Positions 60,562-64,000 of a stretch of 64,000 nt of DNA are shown one piece after another. Both the position numbers and the translations under genes were made by a program. Source of the stretch: a virus (lineage: Duplodnaviria > Caudoviricetes). Every line of letters begins with the position of its first letter. Positions within the stretch are counted from its first letter, which is position 1. Where the stretch lies: the IMG/VR virus record IMGVR_UViG_2061766007_002263. One strand, given 5' to 3'. The notes below the pieces were generated by a model. That model searched no databases. It had not been told where the DNA came from and saw only the letters and a program-made list of their open reading frames with translations.

Positions 60562-61967
60562 ATAAGAACGGCGTAAAGATTCCATCCCTTCAGGGTGGAA
60601 TATGAAAGCCGTTTCTGTCTTGAATTTTCAATTTCTTTTATATTAATATAACATATAGATTATGACAAACGAAGAAAGACTAGCTAAAAACAAAAAGATT
60701 TCTCAAACAAAGCATGATACAATCGAGCGTCATAAAAGCATGCTGGTCAAAACTTTCGATGTCAAAATTCAGGAAAATCAGTTATCTAAACAGCAGAAAG
60801 AAGCGTTAGAAACAATCTTCTTGGAACAGAAATGGTATAAAAACTACATTCTGAATTGGTGCGAACAAGATGAAAATAACAAAATTACCAAGTTCAATAC
60901 CAAACAAAATCAGATAACTAAGAAAGACAAAGATATGAATGATATTCCAGTCACAATCAAATATCTTTCCGCTCAGTCTAGGCAATGCCTTGTTTCAAGA
61001 ATGTACGCAAACATCAAAACTTTGCATACTTTGAAAACAAAAGGTTTACAAAAGCCAGGGAAATTAAAGCATTCAAAAGAAGAAACAATCATAGATTTGA
61101 AACAATATGGGATTAGTCATAAGATAATTTCTTCTAAAAGAGTGAAATTAGCGGGTCTCCCAAAAACATTCAGAGTGAATGGCTTAGACCAGTTCGTGAA
61201 TATCCCTGGTATAGAGTTTGCCAACGCAAGGCTGGTACACAGAGGAACAGGGTATTTCGTTCAGTTTGTCTGTTATATTCCAAAAGAAAATAAAACACAA
61301 AAGAAAATAGAAAAAACTATTGGTATAGATTTCGGTTGTTCTACGGCATTCACTACGAGTGAAGGCAAGAAAATCTCAACTCAAGTTCCAGAAAGCGAGC
61401 GGTTGAAAAAGCTTCAGAAGCGGCAAGCCAAGAAGCTGAAAGGCTCGAAGAGCTGGCTGAGAATTGTAGGACAAATCAGGAAAGAATACCAGAAAATCAC
61501 AAACCGTAAGAATGACTTAGCCAACAAAATTGTTCATGAATTCAGTCAATATCAAGTTGTTGTAATTCAAGACGAGCAGTTGAAAAACTGGCATCAAGAC
61601 GGTCATGGAAAAGCAGTCCAGCATTCAGTTTTAGGAAGGGTAAAGGCTAAGCTTTTAATGAATCCTAACACAGTAGTTCTAGGGAAGACAGTTCCTACGA
61701 CCAAGCTCTGCACGAAATGCGGGTTTTGGCATGATGAGCTGACTCAAAGGGACAGGATTTTCAAATGTGACTGTGGGATTGAAATGGATAGAGACATTCA
61801 CGCTGCTAAGAACATGGTTTGGCTTTATGAAAACAACGTAGGTGTGGGACGCACCAAAGTAAAGCGTCTGGAGATGGAAGCTCTAGTGGACCGAGCTCTT
61901 GCTACGGAAAGCCAACTTTCGTCGATGAAAGACGAAGATTCCTGCCTTTAGGTTAGAATTAGTTCAC
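60562..61967 (+). mobile_element. IS200/IS605-family tnpB-only (IS1341-like) element
   Basis: TTAC before left end; LE hairpin TTCCATCC-CTTCA-GGGTGGAA; RE hairpin ending TTCAC; removal restores an ORF; no tnpA. Confidence 0.85.
60662..61951 (+). CDS. tnpB: TnpB RNA-guided nuclease
   Basis: IGIDFG, VIQDE, CTKC...CDC zinc finger, DRDIHAAKN. Confidence 0.9.
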   Translation: MTNEERLAKNKKISQTKHDTIERHKSMLVKTFDVKIQENQLSKQQKEALETIFLEQKWYKNYILNWCEQDENNKITKFNTKQNQITKKDKDMNDIPVTIKYLSAQSRQCLVSRMYANIKTLHTLKTKGLQKPGKLKHSKEETIIDLKQYGISHKIISSKRVKLAGLPKTFRVNGLDQFVNIPGIEFANARLVHRGTGYFVQFVCYIPKENKTQKKIEKTIGIDFGCSTAFTTSEGKKISTQVPESERLKKLQKRQAKKLKGSKSWLRIVGQIRKEYQKITNRKNDLANKIVHEFSQYQVVVIQDEQLKNWHQDGHGKAVQHSVLGRVKAKLLMNPNTVVLGKTVPTTKLCTKCGFWHDELTQRDRIFKCDCGIEMDRDIHAAKNMVWLYENNVGVGRTKVKRLEMEALVDRALATESQLSSMKDEDSCL

Positions 61968-62049
61968 CAGTTTCCGAATCTACATAGACTGTCTTTGTGC
62001 AAGTGGTCAAGCCTAATGCACATGTTAAAATTAAAATAAGTCTTTTCAT
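61968..62049 (-). pseudogene. 5' part of a small lipoprotein-like gene split by the IS (3' part 60524..60561)
   Basis: MKRLILILTCALGLTTCTKTVYVDSET joins in frame to GKELRKELRNES* across the empty site. Confidence 0.7.
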
Positions 62050-62067
62050 AATACAAATATTAATCAC

Positions 62068-62100
62068 ATAAGAACGGCATAAAGATTCCGTTCCTTTATG
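62068..62100 (+). mobile_element. orphan degenerate copy of the IS left end
   Basis: 28/33 identical to 60562-60594, preceded by TCAC. Confidence 0.7.
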
Positions 62101-62176
62101 TTTGAATGATTAATATGTTTTGAGGAAGCAGAAGATTTTTTGGATTCATACTTTAAAAAGAAGTAAGGAAGTAAAA

Positions 62177-62932
62177 ATGTTGCCAAAGGTAATATACATA
62201 GCAGACTTAGACCAAGACGTTGATGATTTTGTGGCGGCAATGTATCTAAGAGAATCTTGCTTGTTGGACTATGTTGTTTGCGACCCTGAACCAGTAAACG
62301 AAAAAGGCTTGAAACGTAAAAAGAGACTTGAACTTGCAAACGTTCAGTTCTGTTCAGAAATAAAGCATGGGGCAGATATTGTTTTTAGTGGTGGTGGATT
62401 AAGGCCAGTTTTAGAATATATTGAAAAAGGTAACAAGCTAGACCTATTGGTAATGAACGGTGGATTCGCGGGGGAAAGCGTTTCTGATTATGTTCTTGAG
62501 AAGTTCAAAGGGAAAGACTTCGTTAGAACATTTAATTTCAATGTTGACGTAGGAGTAACCGATAAGGTCTTATCATTACCAAAGAAAGCTCTTAAAAAGA
62601 TAGTTCTTGTAGGAAAGAATGTCTGCCATAGTGAATTAAATACTATAAGATTCCTCTGGTCAGATATGAGCTCGTTTCCAAAATACACACATGAAAATAA
62701 GAGATTGCACGACGTATTAGCTTGTCATGAAGGCTTGTCTTTTGTAAGTTCAGATTATGAACGATTTTGTACTTATTGTCGATTGTACCCAGTAACGTCT
62801 GGCGGATTAAATGGTAACATGACGCTTTGGGGCTCGTCTTGGGGAAGAACAAAGTATAGACAATGCTTGGTCGCCGTCGGCTTCACAGACAGGGTACTTC
62901 TTAGATACAAACTTTGGCGTAATATCATATAA
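62177..62932 (+). CDS. nucleoside hydrolase (IU-NH)-like protein
   Basis: DLDQDVDD motif, VMNGG, TFNFNVD, LHD; AAGGA RBS. Confidence 0.75.
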   Translation: MLPKVIYIADLDQDVDDFVAAMYLRESCLLDYVVCDPEPVNEKGLKRKKRLELANVQFCSEIKHGADIVFSGGGLRPVLEYIEKGNKLDLLVMNGGFAGESVSDYVLEKFKGKDFVRTFNFNVDVGVTDKVLSLPKKALKKIVLVGKNVCHSELNTIRFLWSDMSSFPKYTHENKRLHDVLACHEGLSFVSSDYERFCTYCRLYPVTSGGLNGNMTLWGSSWGRTKYRQCLVAVGFTDRVLLRYKLWRNII

Positions 62933-62966
62933 GACAACATGTTACTGTAATTAACGTAGTTGCATA

Positions 62967-63020
62967 AGAAATGTCTAGAAATGTCTAGAAATGTCTAAAC
63001 ATGAATAGATTTAGACATTT
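62967..63020. repeat. three tandem AGAAATGTCT 10-mers plus an inverted copy
   Basis: direct reading; AAATGTCTAAA (62989) / TTTAGACATTT (63010). Confidence 0.85.
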
Positions 63021-63037
63021 TATTTTGGAGGTTAAAG

Positions 63038-63235
63038 GTGTTACTTTTGATTAAGCAGAGTGAGATAGATGAAGCAAGAACTGACCGTTTTTATGAAGCA
63101 TATAAAACTGAAAGTGATTTAAGCCTCGCGGAAGCAATGGCTTTGGATTTTTGTGGTGGTGAAGGAGTTCCAGATTTGGTCATTGTAAAAGATTATCCAT
63201 TTACGCCAGACCAGATTCATCACCCAGGTCTTTAA
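63038..63235 (+). CDS. hypothetical protein
   Basis: GGAGG RBS, GTG start. Confidence 0.65.
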   Translation: MLLLIKQSEIDEARTDRFYEAYKTESDLSLAEAMALDFCGGEGVPDLVIVKDYPFTPDQIHHPGL

Positions 63236-63248
63236 TAAGGAGCAAAGA

Positions 63249-63797
63249 ATGTCTAATATTGCATTATACCCTGGAAGTTTTGACCCTTTTACTATCGGTC
63301 ATCTTTCAGTTCTTGAAAAAGCCGTTAAGGTATTTGATGAAGTTTATGTGGCATTCTCACAAAATCCAAAAAAGAAACGCAGATACGACATTGACCGTTC
63401 CACTTATGCACTGATAAAGTTTCTTGAAACAAAAAACTTTTATGACAATAAAGTACAAGTGTTCAGGTCACTTGACTCTATTCCGGCTAGAATTGCGAAA
63501 ACAGAAGGTTGCGATTACATTGTTCGTGGTCTTAGAAATAACATGGACTATGATTACGAAGAGAGTTTGGCAAAGTTTAATAATGAAGTTTGCCCAGAAG
63601 TAGAAACAATTTATTTCCGTGCAGATAAAGATGAAGTATCATCAACAATGGTATATTCACTTGATAATGCCGGAATCGATGTTAATAAGTATCTCCCATA
63701 CGACTACGAATTACTAAGGACTGATTCTATAGAAATTGGTAAATTGTATGAGTACCTTCGTGAATATCAAGTGAAATGGGGGAGGGCAATTCCGTGA
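63249..63797 (+). CDS. coaD: phosphopantetheine adenylyltransferase
   Basis: YPGSFDPFTIGH, NPKK, IVRGLR...DYDYE, VSSTMV. Confidence 0.92.
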   Translation: MSNIALYPGSFDPFTIGHLSVLEKAVKVFDEVYVAFSQNPKKKRRYDIDRSTYALIKFLETKNFYDNKVQVFRSLDSIPARIAKTEGCDYIVRGLRNNMDYDYEESLAKFNNEVCPEVETIYFRADKDEVSSTMVYSLDNAGIDVNKYLPYDYELLRTDSIEIGKLYEYLREYQVKWGRAIP

Positions 63798-64000
63798 TAG
63801 TTGGCGTAACCGGAAAAAGCGGCGTAGGTAAATCTACCTACGCTAAAAGATACGCAAAAGAACATAACCTATTCTATCTGGATATTGACGAAGTAGGTCA
63901 TCAGATTTTAGACTTACCGGATGTCCAGAAAGAATGTGCAGAAAAGTTTGGCTTGGAAGTGAGCAGCGTGAATCGCAAGAAGCTTGGTGAACTTGTGTTC
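63794..64000 (+). CDS. coaE: dephospho-CoA kinase (5' part, runs off window)
   Basis: GTGA overlap with coaD; IVGVTGKSGVGKST, LDIDEVGH, FG, NRKKLGELVF. Confidence 0.85.
   Translation, partial: MIVGVTGKSGVGKSTYAKRYAKEHNLFYLDIDEVGHQILDLPDVQKECAEKFGLEVSSVNRKKLGELVF

Noticed and set aside
62967-63000. CRISPR array
   Set aside because: 10-bp units with no spacers; no repeat-spacer array was seen anywhere in the window.
1-64000. Stop-codon reassignment
   Set aside because: Genes are full length and densely packed under the standard code; TAA, TAG and TGA all end genes.

Overview
This window is a segment of a large (jumbo-type) tailed phage genome, probably a contractile-tail myovirus, using the standard genetic code; the host cannot be determined. 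Positions 1-35 kb are mostly minus-strand late/structural genes: a GroEL chaperonin with no GroES, a Tyr/Trp-rich 1885-aa protein, a baseplate module, tape measure, a tail chaperone with a likely +1 frameshift, and two paralogous pairs of tail-fibre-like proteins. Positions 35-50 kb hold transcription and replication genes: sigma-like proteins, UvsY-like, clamp-like, neck protein, DinG helicase, DnaC-like loader and DnaB. Positions 50-64 kb are accessory: a WYL-like protein, a C5 DNA methyltransferase, many small ORFans, a tnpB-only IS200/IS605 element, a nucleoside hydrolase, coaD and the start of coaE. Main leads: (i) three sigma70-like proteins, one a 1072-aa late, possibly virion-packaged protein, plus three intergenic promoter-like motif classes that sort by gene function; (ii) an anticodon-less tRNA-like RNA and a pseudoknotted hairpin array directly upstream of a stand-alone WYL/Sm-like gene; (iii) a phage coaD-coaE pair that could rebuild CoA; (iv) a ~300-nt multibranch structured intergenic element. 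All protein calls come from motif recognition by eye, not database searches.
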